A stretch of DNA of 64,000 nucleotides from Negaprion brevirostris (taxonomy: Eukaryota), in assembly GCA_030324005.1 (NCBI GenBank), contig JARDVH010000110.1:41947373-42011372 (forward strand), written 5' to 3'. The first letter of the stretch is position 1, and the number at the start of each line of letters is the position of its first letter. Under the pieces are notes generated by a model. The model saw only the letters and a program-made list of their open reading frames with translations, was not told the DNA's origin and did not search any database. Made by a program: the position numbers and the translations under genes. Below, one piece after another: positions 24,051 to 37,374 of the stretch.

Positions 24051-25126
24051 GTGAGAACTCTCTCAACACCGATTAAAGTTCAACTATTTGAATAAAAGCC
24101 ACTAGCTTTTGGAGTACTGCTCCTTCGTCAGGTGAGTGGGACTTCTGTTCAGAAACAAGGCATATGAAGACAAACTCAATTTACAAAATAATGATTATCT
24201 GTAAAGACTCACATTCCAACCAAGTCTTAAAGGTACAGACAATGAGTGGAGAGAGCGTTAAGCACAGGTTAAAGAGATGTGTTTTGTCTCCAGCCAGGAC
24301 AGTTAGTGAGATTTTGCAAGCCCAGGCAAGTCATGGGGGTTACAGATAGTGTGACATGAANNNNNNNNNNNNNNNNNNNNNNNNNNNNNNNNNNNNNNNN
24401 NNNNNNNNNNNNNNNNNNNNNNNNNNNNNNNNNNNNNNNNNNNNNNNNNNNNNNNNNNNNTAGTGAGATTTTGCAAGCCCAGGCAAGTCATGGGGGTTAC
24501 AGATAGTGTGACATGAACCCAAGATCCTGGTTGAGGCTATCCTCATACGTGTGGAGCTTGGCTATCAGTCTCTGTTCAGTGACTCTGCATTGTCGTGTGT
24601 TGTGAAAGCCGCCTTGGAGAATGCTTACCCAAAAATCAGAGGCTGAATGCCTGTGACCACTGAAGTGTTCCCCAACAGGAAGAGAACACTCTCTTGCTTG
24701 GTGATTGTCGAGCAGTGTTAATTCATAGCATCTGCATGGTCTTCCCAATGTACCATGCCTCGGGACATCCTTTCCTGCAGCGTATCAGGTAGATAATGTT
24801 GGCCGAGTTGCAAGAGTATGTACTGTGTACATGGTGGATGGTGTTCTCACATGAGATGATGGCATCTGTGTCAATGATCTGGCACATCTTGCAGAGGTGT
24901 GGCAGGGCTGCGTGGTGTCATCTTCACAGTTCTCCTGAAGGCGGGATAGTTTGCTGTGGACAATGGTCTGTTTGAGGTTGTGCAGTTATTTGAAGGCGAG
25001 ATGTGGGGATGACCTGTGAGATGTCATTGATGAAGATGAACATGTTGAAGGCTCCGGAGAAGATGTCGTAGCTCCTCCGCTCCAAGGAAGTATTGGATGA
25101 CAAAGGGTACTCTATGTGCCATGTCC
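24051..25126 (-). mobile_element. Penelope-like element 3' part (same family as 1577-2428)
   Basis: The minus strand carries the same GIY-YIG region (WYIGKT, LPVGEHFSGH, EQRLIAKL, DLGFMSHYL) and terminal repeat. Clearly homologous to 1577-2428. Confidence 0.85.
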
Positions 25127-25138
25127 CATTGGGATTCT

Positions 25139-25340
25139 TGATGTGGAGATGCTGGCGTTGGACTGGGGTAAACACAATAAGAAGTCTCAACACCAGGTTA
25201 AAGTCCAACCAGTTTATTTGATAATAAACCCACAAGCTTTTGGGGTCACTCACTTGATGAAGGGGCAAACCCCGAAAGCTTGTGGATTTACTATCAAATA
25301 AACTGGTTGGACTTTAACCTCGTGTTGTGAGACTTTTTAC
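25139..25340. mobile_element. Fold-back mini-element made of two inverted Penelope terminal repeats
   Basis: Arms of ~70 bp are reverse complements. Flanked by CATTGGGATTCT (25127-25138) and CATTGGTATTCT (25341-25352). Confidence 0.75.
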
Positions 25341-25845
25341 CATTGGTATTCTCCCAGGGCTGTGTAAGTACCTGAAGTATGGTTTTAAAATGCTCTCCTT
25401 AGCTAGTGTTACAGGGTGCAACAAGAAGTGTCAGGAGATATGACTACAGAANNNNNNNNNNNNNNNNNNNNNNNNNNNNNNNNNNNNNNNNNNNNNNNNN
25501 NNNNNNNNNNNNNNNNNNNNNNNNNNNNNNNNNNNNNNNNNNNNNNNNNNNNNNNNNNNNNNNNNNNNNNNNNNNNNNNNNNNNNNNNNNNNNNNNNNNN
25601 NNNNNNNNNNNNNNNNNNNNNNNNNNNNNNNNNNNNNNNNNNNNNNNNNNNNNNNNNNNNNNNNNNNNNNNNNNNNNNNNNNNNNNNNNNNNNNNNNNNN
25701 NNNNNNNNNNNNNNNNNNNNNNNNNNNNNNNNNNNNNNNNNNNNNNNNNNNNNNNNNNNNNNNNNNNNNNNNNNNNNNNNNNNNNNNNNNNNNNNNNNNN
25801 NNNNNNNNNNNNNNNNNNNNNNNNNNNNNNNNNNNNNNNNNNNNN

Positions 25846-26337
25846 CGTTGTTTGCAATGGGCAAGGTAATAGAACACACTCAAACCAATGCTTGCAAAAC
25901 TCAAAGCACAGTGCCCAACATTAGATGTGGTTTTGTGATTGGGCAACATTTGCTAAATAATCCTCAGTGTGCTGAAAATTATGCTGACAACCAATTGAAG
26001 ATTGAGAGTCAGGCTTGCAGTGTGGCATATTTGCATGCACTGGAAAATTGCAGACAGAAATAACACATACACACACTTTTTGCGCCTTTTTCAGCTAAAC
26101 AAAATAAGTAATAGCCTTTGTCTGGTTCATTTCTCAGGGCAATGCCTGACTAACCAAGCTGCCTGGTTTAGATTTTCAAACAATGTTTGGCAGTTAAGTG
26201 TCAGTCACCATTAACTGGTGCATTTTCCATGGCAACGCTTTGACTAGAGTTCACTTGCCAACCAACTAGCATTCCCTTCTCTCACAATACAAAGTTTTTG
26301 TTTCCCCGACATTGATATTCTTGTGATTGTCCTGATA
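25846..26337 (+). mobile_element. Second Penelope-like family, endonuclease C-terminus and 3' UTR
   Basis: IGQHLLNNPQCAENYADNQLKIESQACSVAYLHALE resembles the SAI..HL...FKI......LE C-terminus of PLE GIY-YIG domains. Ends at GTCCTGAT. Confidence 0.6.
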
Positions 26338-27329
26338 ACTATTACTGCATTTCATAATTTATCACTATTAATTTGGAATATAAAACAGTACAGCTGCATT
26401 TACTTATTGCAGNNNNNNNNNNNNNNNNNNNNNNNNNNNNNNNNNNNNNNNNNNNNNNNNNNNNNNNNNNNNNNNNNNNNNNNNNNNNNNNNNNNNNNNN
26501 NNNNNNNNNNNNCTTATTGCAGTCTCACACATTTCCTGATTCAACTCATTTGTCATGTCTCCATCCTAATTATGTCACACTTTTTCACACACCTGCCTCA
26601 CGGTTGTAAAGCTTGCTAAGTACCACCTATTCTTTAAAATTATACTAATTATTTTTGTTCTCTCAGGATAATCAGGGCCCCTAAAATTGTTTCCCAGTTA
26701 CATATACAATAAGGTGTTGCATTAATAATTTGTAATTTCTGAATCATACAATTGATTAGAGCTTTTAAGTTTTCAGATATGGAGTCAACAGGTTTTAGGG
26801 GCACTGGACCAGCTATTAATTAATTATATTAATAAACACAACCTCACTTTATTGAATGGCCTCAGCAGGAAGCAGTCTAGACCTAAGTGGAATTTCAAAG
26901 CAACCTGCCAATGAGTATTATTATTCCTGGGGCTGTGGGCCAAGATGGAAACAGGCTACTGGGCAATGTATCAGCCAGCAAATTTATTCTACTAATTAAC
27001 AGAGCCAACCAAAAATTAGTTTAAAAATGCATTCATCCTGAATGTGTGGACTCATCCTTGGGAGCAGTGGATCATCAAGCTATTTAATATATAAATAAAT
27101 GTAATCTCAATAAACCCAATGGAACTGCACATAAAACTGGCCAGTCAACAAAAAACTAAATCTACTTTAAATAATACAATCAGGCTACATCAGCCATTAA
27201 TTAAAACATTGAATAAGTTTGCTCAAATTCTAACAGAAACTAGAAATCTATTTAAAAACTCAAAACAAAGTATGTCAGCTCCAAAGGCCTCAAACACCCC
27301 TTCCAAGAGAAACAGCAGCTGACTTGCAC

Positions 27330-27685
27330 TTATTTCAATTTAGTATCATGGGAAGATCCTTGGGATCAAGGATGGCTTGCTTCTTCTATTCTTGTTCAAT
27401 GAGTTCTGAGATAATTGATAAGTCCAATGTGTGATCTGCCAGTCAAATAGTGCTTGAAAATTTGGGTAGATGAATTGCTGAGAGTTGAGCACTCTGATAC
27501 CATGACGTCACCTCTGTGTGTTCCTGATGATGCCTCTCAATGTGTATGGTGCTGGTTCAAATGAATCTTTTCCATTTTGGTCAGTCACAAGCCAGGGAAT
27601 TCCATGAGTTGGTGAGTAAAGTACGTCCATAGTCATTCTTGGGAGTATGCCGCTATGACCAAGCTCCCAGTAGGGCAGTTGCTTT
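27330..27685 (-). mobile_element. RTE-like LINE 3' end
   Basis: Decayed 3' region with the GGGAGTATGCCGCTATGACCAAGCTCCCA segment typical of RTE tails read in reverse. Interrupted by a CR1 tail at ~27687. Confidence 0.45.
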
Positions 27686-28039
27686 TGAACAAAGAACAGA
27701 GAAAATTACAGCACAGGAACAGGCCCTTTGGCCCTCCAAGCCTGCACTGACCATGCTGCCTCACTTAACTAAAACCCCCTACCCTACCGGAAAGAACCAA
27801 TTCCAATTCCTTTACGCTTCCAAGTATCCTCTATATTAATTGTATATTCTGATGCTTGTGAGCCCTCTGTTACTTCAAAATTTTTGGGATTGAATTCCAT
27901 TTACCACTTTTCTACACACCTGACCAGTCCACTGGTATATTTTTTGCTTTCCATTTCACCATCAATGAAATGACCAATTTCTGTACCATCTGCAAAACTC
28001 TTTCTTAATCATGCCCCTACATTTAAGTCTACATTTGAT

Positions 28040-28545
28040 TTGATTTATTATTGTCACGTATTAACAAATAGCAAAAAATATTGTTTCTTGCTATATAGAG
28101 AAAGCATACTGTTCATAGAAAGGAAACAGTGCAGAAGGTAATGTTATAGTCAAAGCTAAGGTGCAGAGAAAGATCAACTTAATGCAAGATAAGTCCATTC
28201 AATAGTCTGACAGCAGCAGGGAAGAAACTGTTTTTCAGTCGGTTGGTACGTGACCTCAGAGTTTTGTATCTTTTTACCGACGGAAGAAGGTGGAAGAGAG
28301 AATGTCCGGGGTGCGTGGGGCCCTTAATTATGTTGGCTGCTTTACCAAGGCAGCGGGAATGTAGACAGAGTGAATGGGTGGGAGNNNNNNNNNNTGATGG
28401 ATTGGGCTGAGCAGGAGCCATACCAAGCTGTGATACAACCAGATAGAATGCTTTCTGTGCTGCATCTGTAAAAGTTGGTGAGAGTCATAACTAAGAGTTT
28501 TTAGTCTTCTGAGAAAGTAGAGGCTTTCTTAACTATAGTGTCTGT
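28040..28545 (-). mobile_element. Rex1/Babar LINE 3' end
   Basis: CLGKAANIIKGPTHPGHSLFHLLPSVKRYKTLRSRTNRLKNSFFPAAVRLLN is the typical Rex1 C-terminus. (CAAAT)n-like tail. Confidence 0.85.
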
Positions 28546-29324
28546 ATTCTCAACAAGATAAGCTGACAATTTACACACGACTAATAATAATGCTGGTTCT
28601 AGTCAGTCAGGGGTGAAGTTCAGAGAATATGAACAAACTCCGTGGTTGAGGGAGGTATTGAGTTGACAGATTTACAGAATTATCCCAATCTTACGAATTT
28701 CCTTGAAGGGACAAAGGATGGATGGCAATTAAGTGGAAGTGTGATTGGATTTTTGGCTCCATTATGAAAACAATGCAAATAACACCAGGACACCATGACA
28801 AGACTGCATGCAAACAAACAAATAAACTTTGCCTGGGATGGCTGGCCTGCTGTGCAAGATCAATACAATCAAAATTATATTGCAGAGCCTGGCATCACCA
28901 ATAGACTTTAGGGCAGCACTGTGCCCATATAATGGATTAGCTCTGAATGCAATATCAAATTACATCTCCATGTGGACAAATCAAGAACCCAAAGTGGAAA
29001 CATTAACAGTTACTCAGCCTGGCAAAATGTTATCAACAACCATGTTTCAACTCATTTCAAAGGACCATATGAAACTTAATTTTTGGAACTGTTAGAAATG
29101 ATAATTATTCCTCAATCAGTGATGCAGTGGGCAAATATGTTCCATGATATTGTGTTGCGTTGGTGGTAAGTTAGATCGCTGGACTGTGAGCTGTTAGCTA
29201 CTCTCAGCCAAGCATTAACCAANNNNNNNNNNNNNNNNNNNNNNNNNNNNNNNNNNNNNNNNNNNNNNNNNNNNNNNNNNNNNNNNNNNNNNNNNNNNNN
29301 NNNNNNNNNNNNNNNNNNNNNNAT

Positions 29325-30470
29325 GGATTGGATTGCTTGGAGCCAGGTGTCAGGCATGCAGATGTGATGGCCTACCTAGCAGAGTTGGTTTTGAGTGATT
29401 CATGCCTTGATGTTGGGCATATTGCCATGGGAGAGGATGCTGCTCTCGGATCGTCTTTCTTGCCACAGAAATTGGAGGATCTTGTGAAAGTTAATAATAC
29501 ATCTTCGGTGCTTTAGGGGCCTGCTGTAGGTTGTCCAAATCTCCAAAGCATATGGGAGCGTGGCTACTGGCGGACTTAAAATCCTGATCTCAAAATATCT
29601 TCTTGCCCATCAGCCAAAGGCTGAGCTGGTACACAGGAGGTTCCCAAGTTTTGGAAAATGGTCCACATTTTCCAGGATCTTGCTGTTGATTTTAATTGAC
29701 GGAGGAAGGTGTTGTGGTGTAGGAGCTGGTTGGAGGAGGACTTTAGTTTTCCAGGTGCTTAGTAAAAGGCTCATTTGTTTCCGAGAAGGAGTCAACAACG
29801 ACCTGGAGGTCAGTTTCTAAGTGAGTGCACACAGTGTCATTAGTATACTGAAGCTGGATTGAAGTTAGCATAGAGTGGAAGTTTTCCAGTCTGTTCTGTA
29901 AATTATATCCATGCTTATGGGTAATTTGCTAGAGGTGAGATGTGTCATTCCAGTGAGAAAGATGGAGAAAAGGTTGGTGTAATGACAGACTTGTTTGATT
30001 CCAGTCCACACCGAGACAGGGTCTCTGGTGGTTCCATTTGTAACATTCATGGCTTTCATGTCATTATAACATAGATGGTGACAATTTATGATAGCAGCCA
30101 AATTTGAGGAGGACATTCTATAAGCCCTTGCAGTTGACAGAGTAAAAGGCTTTTGTGAGGTCAGAAAAGGGCTTGTAGATGTTAGTCCTTTATATTTTTG
30201 GATTTGCCATGAAGTGCGGATCATGAATGAAAATTGCACTGCAACTCTGGAAGGAGCTCTTTGTCCAATGGAAGCAGACAACTGAGAAGGATCTTGCAAT
30301 GATCTTCTCTCTGGGTTACTTTTCATGAATATGATCACAATCACAGCATCCCTGACATCCCTTGCCATGCACTCCTTTTCCTAAATGAGGGATAATAATA
30401 GACATGTGGTCTCCTCTCCAATTGGAGAGACCAAATGCTGTCTGGGTGACTGCTTTGCAGAACAACTCCC
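29325..30470 (-). mobile_element. RTE-clade LINE RT region (frameshifted)
   Basis: RDAVIVIIF, TGIKQ and KTKVLLQP...LENVDHFPKLGNLL segments match RTE ORF motifs. Confidence 0.75.
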
Positions 30471-30482
30471 ACAAGAAAAACC

Positions 30483-31050
30483 TTGAGCTTCCTGTCACTT
30501 GTCATTTCAATCCTCCATCTTGCTCCTACTCTGACATTGTCCTCGGCTTGTTACAGGGTTCCAACAAAGCTTAATGCAAGCTCCAGAATAGCATCTTATA
30601 TTTTGACTTCCACTCTATAACCTTGTGGATCCAACATTAAATAATATTAGATTATAATATGTATTTCCATTGTTTCATTTATTTCTTTACTCATTCATTT
30701 TGCCTTTAAGCAGCTGCCATCCTGCCATTTACACCCAATGTGCACACTTCCAAATTGAACGCATCATTTTGTTTCTTTATTTTACCCATTACCACAAAAT
30801 TTTCTGTCAGTTAATCTCTTCTGTTCTCCACCTTCTCATGACCTTCCTGTTTACTCTCTGCATTTGCAACCTGTCCAGCCTTCGCCCTCCCCCCACACAC
30901 TTGCTCAAAGCTTATTTCATTTCTATCTTTCCCCAGTTGTGTTGATGGATCATCATCAACTCAAAAGATCAATTCTCTTTAAAAATGCTGCCTGACCTCC
31001 AGCAATTATTTTTGATTTCAAATTTCCAGCATCTGCAGTATTTTGCTATC
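30483..31050 (+). mobile_element. Third Penelope-like family, endonuclease C-terminus and terminal repeat
   Basis: ELPVTCHFNPPSCSYSD followed by HLIF/NIK-like remnants, a pyrimidine-rich UTR and the terminal GCTGCCTGACC...TTCCAGCATCTGCAGTATTTTGCT. Confidence 0.6.
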
Positions 31051-34000
31051 TTGTTGTAGCGGACAGCTCTAATTCGTTACTTAAATAATTTCACTGTGTA
31101 ATTTAGCTTTGAAAAGAATGTCCAACAACAAATTAATCAATTAAAATGCAATTAAGCTCAGGAGCAATAGGACAATGACAAGTTACTCGGTTAATTCATT
31201 ATCTCACACCCTGTTACAATGACCACATCATATCTACTTTCTTACAAACCAGTATTTCTTTGGACTCTCCACTGTCAATGTAAGGGAGGTGGGATAGTGC
31301 TCAAAAAAAAATCCTTTTCACTTCCTATTTCTAACTAGGTCTTCCAAATCATCAGATTTACTTCAGCATTACTCCTAGTTGTGTGAAACCTTCTTGTTTG
31401 AAAATGAATGTGCTAATATGGGCACTGTGGAAAATAAAAGAGGCTTGAAGAGTCATATTCGACTCAAACTTCAACTTTGTTTCTCTCGCCAGATCCACTG
31501 AATATTTCCAGCATTTCCTGTTTTTACTGACTTTTGGTTTCTGGGGAACTAGCAGTTATAATTAAGTTACTTTATAACAGATCTGAGAAGTTGAAAATCT
31601 TTAATTTTGCTCTGTAGATCTAATACACATTCTTCTATCTGCTATTAAAGTGATCTAAAAATTTAAATAAATTGTTTTGTGTCACCCTGAGTTTTTTATA
31701 CCCACTGCTTGTTAACATAAATAAGGATTATCAATCACAGAAAACAACAAATGGCACATTCCCTTTTACCCAAGTGACAAGACATCTTTTCATATGTATC
31801 CCAATCAATTGGTCACACATTATTCTACTGACACAATTTTTAACTGAGTTTAACTTTAGCAGCTCCTTTTGAACTGAAACAAAGAGCATGTTTCCTTTGA
31901 TTTGTAAAAACTCTTCCTTTTAAATAACAATAACAAGTGGGCATTGATCAACACAGTGTTAAACCTAACAGTTATGCTTGCTCTCTAAAACTCCTGTAAA
32001 AATTAGCATTAATTTTTTTCACATGATCAGGACCAGCTGAAAAGCTTGAAGCAAATGGTATGTTTAAATACGCATTAGGACTCGTTACTCCTAAGAGTTA
32101 TGTTTGATTATATTGTTTAATGAACTTGTTGTTCAATTAAACATTGATTATGATGATATGAATGAATAGTATACAAAGGATCCCAGCAAAAAAGTTACAA
32201 CAGAAGATTTAAGGATTTAAATTTAGCTTGTTGTCAAAACAGACTTTAGAAGCCTCATGTTCTCTCCTCTTCCAATCCCCACAGATTCATCCACACTTAC
32301 AATGATTGTATGCTTCCCATAGAAGATTCCCTCTTTGACTGCCTCTATCTTAATGTTGGCTCTCCCTTTTTATGTCGTTTCACAGCTATCACCATTGCTG
32401 CCACTTTGACCACTGAACAAATGGCACTGGTGAGCTTTCCAGAAAGTGTATAAACAATGGAAATCCATGCAAATCATTTCCACATTCATTAAGTGTTTAG
32501 CTAATAAATGAGATACGCAGTAAAATTAATCTAATTATAATCTAATCTATTAATAATCTCTCATTTCTTACAAGTGTCAATATGGCTAATTTTCACATTT
32601 CTTATCCAAATACATGATTATTTTAGAGTTCATGGCAATATATACATTTGATTCTGCATCAATGGGCTATTGCATCAATAGAACAAGAAAGCATCATTCT
32701 GACTTCTGGATGTCCTAACATGCTTTACAGCCAATTAAATATTTTTGAAATGTACTAACTGTTGTAATGTAGTAACTAAATGGTGCAGAATGACACCAAT
32801 GGCACAGGTTCAATTCCTATATTGTGTGGGATAATTTTTGGAGGCCTTATCTCCTCACTTTGCTCCATGCTTGCGGAGTGGTGCTCCTCAAGCTACAAGG
32901 AGTGAAACTGTTGCACTCTAGTAGAGAGATGCCTATGGTCTATNNNNNNNNNNNNNNNNNNNNNNNNNNNNNNNNNNNNNNNNNNNNNNNNNNNNNNNNN
33001 NNNNNNNNNNNNNNNNNNNNNNNNNNNNNNNNNNNNNNNNNNNNNNNNNNNNNNNNNNNNNNNNNNNNNNNNNNNNNNNNNNNNNNNNNNNNNNNNNNNN
33101 NNNNNNNNNNNNNNNNNNNNNNNNNNNNNNNNNNNNNNNNNNNNNNNNNNNNNNNNNNNNNNNNNNNNNNNNNNNNNNNNNNNNNNNNNNNNNNNNNNNN
33201 NNNNNNNNNNNNNNNNNNNNNNNNNNNNNNNNNNNNNNNNNNNNNNNNNNNNNNNNNNNNNNNNNNNNNNNNNNNNNNNNNNNNNNNNNNNNNNNNNNNN
33301 NNNNNNNNNNNNNNNNNNNNNNNNNNNNNNNNNNNNNNNNNNNNNNNNNNNNNNNNNNNNNNNNNNNNNNNNNNNNNNNNNNNNNNNNNNNNNNNNNNNN
33401 NNNNNNNNNNNNNNNNNNNNNNNNNNNNNNNNNNNNNNNNNNNNNNNNNNNNNNNNNNNNNNNNNNNNNNNNNNNNNNNNNNNNNNNNNNNNNNNNNNNN
33501 NNNNNNNNNNNNNNNNNNNNNNNNNNNNNNNNNNNNNNNNNNNNNNNNNNNNNNNNNNNNNNNNNNNNNNNNNNNNNNNNNNNNNNNNNNNNNNNNNNNN
33601 NNNNNNNNNNNNNNNNNNNNNNNNNNNNNNNNNNNNNNNNNNNNNNNNNNNNNNNNNNNNNNNNNNNNNNNNNNNNNNNNNNNNNNNNNNNNNNNNNNNN
33701 NNNNNNNNNNNNNNNNNNNNNNNNNNNNNNNNNNNNNNNNNNNNNNNNNNNNNNNNNNNNNNNNNNNNNNNNNNNNNNNNNNNNNNNNNNNNNNNNNNNN
33801 NNNNNNNNNNNNNNNNNNNNNNNNNNATCCACTAACATGTGAAAATGACTACAATTTAAAAGCCTTCACCTAGCTCACAAATCTTTCGAAGTAGAAAGGC
33901 AGGAAAATATGGAGTAAGCTATCAAGGCAAATTTGCCAGAAGAGATGAAATTTAGAATCTAGATTACCTATTTCACCACTGCAAGAAAATATATACTAGA

Positions 34001-34194
34001 AGCATAGAATTGTGCCAGACAATATGAAGCATTATCAAGATGTGCTAGTTCTTTTGAAGAGAAATCCAGTTAGTCCCACTCTCCTCCCCCTTCCCCACAA
34101 TGTTGCATTTAGTCTCTTTCAATGATTTAATCTAATTTTCTTTTTGGAAATTACTGAATCAGTATAATATGATTCAGTAATATTACTGAATTTA

Positions 34195-34495
34195 GTCAGT
34201 GGTTAGCACTGCTGTTAACAGCACCAGGGAAGCGGTTCAATTCTAACTTTGTGCAAACTCCACACAGTCACCCATTCTCCCTGTGTCTGTGTGGATTTCC
34301 TCTGGGTGCTTACCAGTTTCCTCCCACAGTCCAAAGATGTACATGCTGGGTAGACTGACCATGGTAAATTGCACCTTAATGTTCAAATTAGTGGGGTAAA
34401 TATGTGGGATTATGGTGATAAGGCTTGAGTAAGATGCTCTGTCAGAGAGTCGGTGCAGATTCGATGGGCCAAGTGGCCTCCTATGATTATCCATC
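34195..34495 (+). mobile_element. HE1/V-SINE
   Basis: CAGTGGTTAGCACTGCTG head, V-domain TCTCCCTGTGTCTGTGTGGATTTCCTCTGGGTGC, CR1-like tail GATGGGCCAAGTGGCCTCCT. Confidence 0.8.
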
Positions 34496-34599
34496 ATATA
34501 TGTGAAATTTCTCTATTTAAAGAGTTAACATTAAGTTAAGATGACTATTGGATAAATAAATATATATCAAAAAATGGATCCGTAACATTAGCAGTTAAC

Positions 34600-35465
34600 A
34601 GAGTCTATAATGACTGAGTGGCTGTATACTTAGACTGATTAGAGAAAGCCAACATGATTTGTAAGGGTTGGTCACATTTCATGAAACTATTTAATTTTTT
34701 TGAGAAAGCAAGTAAGGCAGGGGAGTGTCTATACATGTAGTTTATATAGACTTCTAGAAGGCATCTGATAAGGCTCCTTGTAAAAGACTATTAGTTAGAA
34801 ATAAAGGTTATGGAATCAAAAGCAAAACATTGACTGGGTTAGGATATTGGTTAGATGGTAGGTGATACAGAATTGAGATCAAATGTTTATGCGCAAATTG
34901 GAAGATGGTGACCAGTAGTGCCAAAACTTTGGCAGATGGATTTCAATGCAGCTAATTATGAGGTTATTCATTTTGGACAAAAGGATTAAGTATTTTTCAA
35001 ACAGTAAAAAGTTATTAACAATGGAACTCCAAAGAGACTTATGGGTCCCTGCACACAGATCACTAAAAATGTAGCAGTTAGGTACAAAGGTAACCAAAAA
35101 AGCCAGTAAAATGTTAGTCTTTATAACTAGAAGGCTAGAATAACAAGGACAGAAAGCTTTACTTTATTAGAGAGTTGAGGGTTAAGGATACATAACCATA
35201 AAAATTACAGACAGGTTATTCAGGAGAGCAATACTTTTCACACAAACTGTGGGAGAATTGTGGCACTGTCCCCCAGTATAAGCAGTAGATAAATGCTAGT
35301 TCAAATAATAACAAAATCTAAGACCAGTAAATTTTTGCTAGTCAAGGGTATTAAGGGATTCAGAGTCATGATACTGAATGGAGTTAGGATATGTATTTTA
35401 TTTATATCCTTGAATGGTGGAATAGGCACAAGAAGTTGAATGGCCCATTTGTATTCCTATGTTCT
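34600..35465 (+). mobile_element. CR1 LINE, internally deleted RT to 3' end
   Basis: Degenerate SQHGF/YIDF.KA.DK motifs and a (CCTATGTT)-type tail. Confidence 0.65.
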
Positions 35466-35830
35466 TGGTTCATTCTGATTTAAGCTAGATCTCCAAATTG
35501 CAGTTCAACTTTACCTTTTAGAATTCTATAAAAGGTAAGAATTTGAGTGTTCTCCATCACTGCTCAATAAGTGCTAGGCATTTACAAATAATCAGTTTTA
35601 CAGATGCTATATAATAATAAACAGTACACATTTTGAAGGTTGCAGTCAAAAAAGATAAGCTCCAGTATGAACATAGTTTCATCAGATTATATAATTATTA
35701 CAGGTCTACACGATTATGTAGCTCAGAATTTTGTAAGATTAGACTAGTTTAATTCAATTTGCATGTTACTTTATAGTCTCAGGTTTATTAGCAACAAACA
35801 GATGTCAGGTCACAAATATGGGGTTGGTTT

Positions 35831-35932
35831 AAAACAAAAACTGAAAAATGCTGGAAAATATCAGCAGGTCTGACAGCATCTGTGGAGAGAGAGTAGAGCC
35901 AACATTTTGAGTCCAGATGACCATTTGTCAGG
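35831..35932 (-). mobile_element. Penelope-type terminal repeat fragment (GAAACGTT hammerhead family)
   Basis: AATGCTGGAAAATATCAGCAGGTCTGACAGCATCTGTGGAGAGAG is homologous to 6710-6770, 31445-31525 and 41487-41584. Confidence 0.6.
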
Positions 35933-35934
35933 GT

Positions 35935-36128
35935 TGCTTTAGCTTAGTTGTTGGGCAGCTAGTTTGTGAGGCAGAGCAATGCCAGCAGTATAGGTTCAAT
36001 TCCTGTACCAACTGAAGTTTTCATGAACCCCCGCCTTCTCAATCTTGACTTTCACCTGAGGTGTGGTGATGCTCAGGTTATATCACCACTAGTCTATGGT
36101 CATCTGGGATTATAGCGACTTTACCTTT
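35935..36128 (+). mobile_element. tRNA-derived SINE (second family; related copy at ~32780-32943)
   Basis: TAGCTTAGTTG A-box-like head, GGTTCAATTCC B box, and the tail CTATGGTCATCTGGGATTATAGCGACTTTACCTTTA. Confidence 0.55.
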
Positions 36129-37374
36129 ATTGGTTAAGGGAAAATACTCAAGTAACAATTTCAACAATTAGGATCATTATCATTTTTTTTCAAATTCAGG
36201 TAATTTTTTTAGTATTTGAATATTCCCTGTAGCAAATTAGCAAACATCTCTACCATCTTATTAAATGGAGAGATGCAATAATTTGAAGATTAGCAAACTA
36301 AAAAAAAATCTTTTTAATAATCAAGATTCTTCTTACAGATCACTTTTGAATAAGAAGAACAAAGAACAAGAATCATTTGTTATTGGTTGCTGGTGTCAGA
36401 TCCTTGGGAAATTAGGATTGTACAGGTATTATTATCATGATGACAGCTAGAGTGATAACACCAAATGCCCTCCTGAAGAATTGCATGCCAAACATTACCT
36501 GTTTCAGGGATTTGACGCTGAATTTCACAGATTTTTTCTTTTTGTTACTCAAGTGGCAATTTCACATAGTTTTGGCTTTTTCACAATTAAGTGCCATTGC
36601 TATCTTCTTTTCTGCCTCCAACTTAATGGTTGATTTCACAAGTTATACAGGAAATGCAGTATGCTAAATTGATTAAAAATCTGTCACTAGTTTACTAAAT
36701 GATGCCACTTTCTCCCACATTTGCCAGCATCACATTTTCATGAATGTCATAAATACATTTTAACTTTGTTTTGATTAATTTTAACTTTTTTAAAAATCCA
36801 TTTACAGTTCAAGAAATCAACTGAAAATCAATTTCACATTTATCATTTATTCAGGTTTAATACATCCATAGTATAGTGTCATGAACTGCTGTGACACAAA
36901 GAGGTGAGAATTATATCAGTATGCTCTGAAACAGGTTTAGAGATAAACAACAAGAATGAACCTTGGACGTAAGAAGTCCTGAGGTCAGTCTGACATTATT
37001 GGATTTATTTTAATTGGACAAGTTTGATAAGAGGAGATGTGATCCAGCTACTGAAACTACTCCATTTATATCAGTGACTTCTATAGGATCTCATCTACAT
37101 TTAAACAATTGCAAGTTTGTGCTTGCATTTTTGATTTAAAACATTCAAAACCACTAGCATTTTTAGGACAAACTGCTTTTAGGCTAGCTTGCTGAGAAAG
37201 TTGAAATGAAGGACCCATTTCACTGTCTACAACAGAAAGGCAGTCCAGCACCAATCCCAGTCTGAAATATTCTCATTAACATGATACTTGAGATGAAAAG
37301 GCTAACTAAAATAGCTGAACTCTCAAAGCTTGCTTAAAAATTCATTTGATGTACATATTAGTGACAAAAAGTTT

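Noticed and set aside
24304-24517. Apparent tandem duplication on both sides of a 100-N gap
   Set aside because: Identical sequence flanking a fixed-size gap inside a repeat is most likely an unmerged contig overlap. The same caution applies to 45134-45189 versus 45434-45495.
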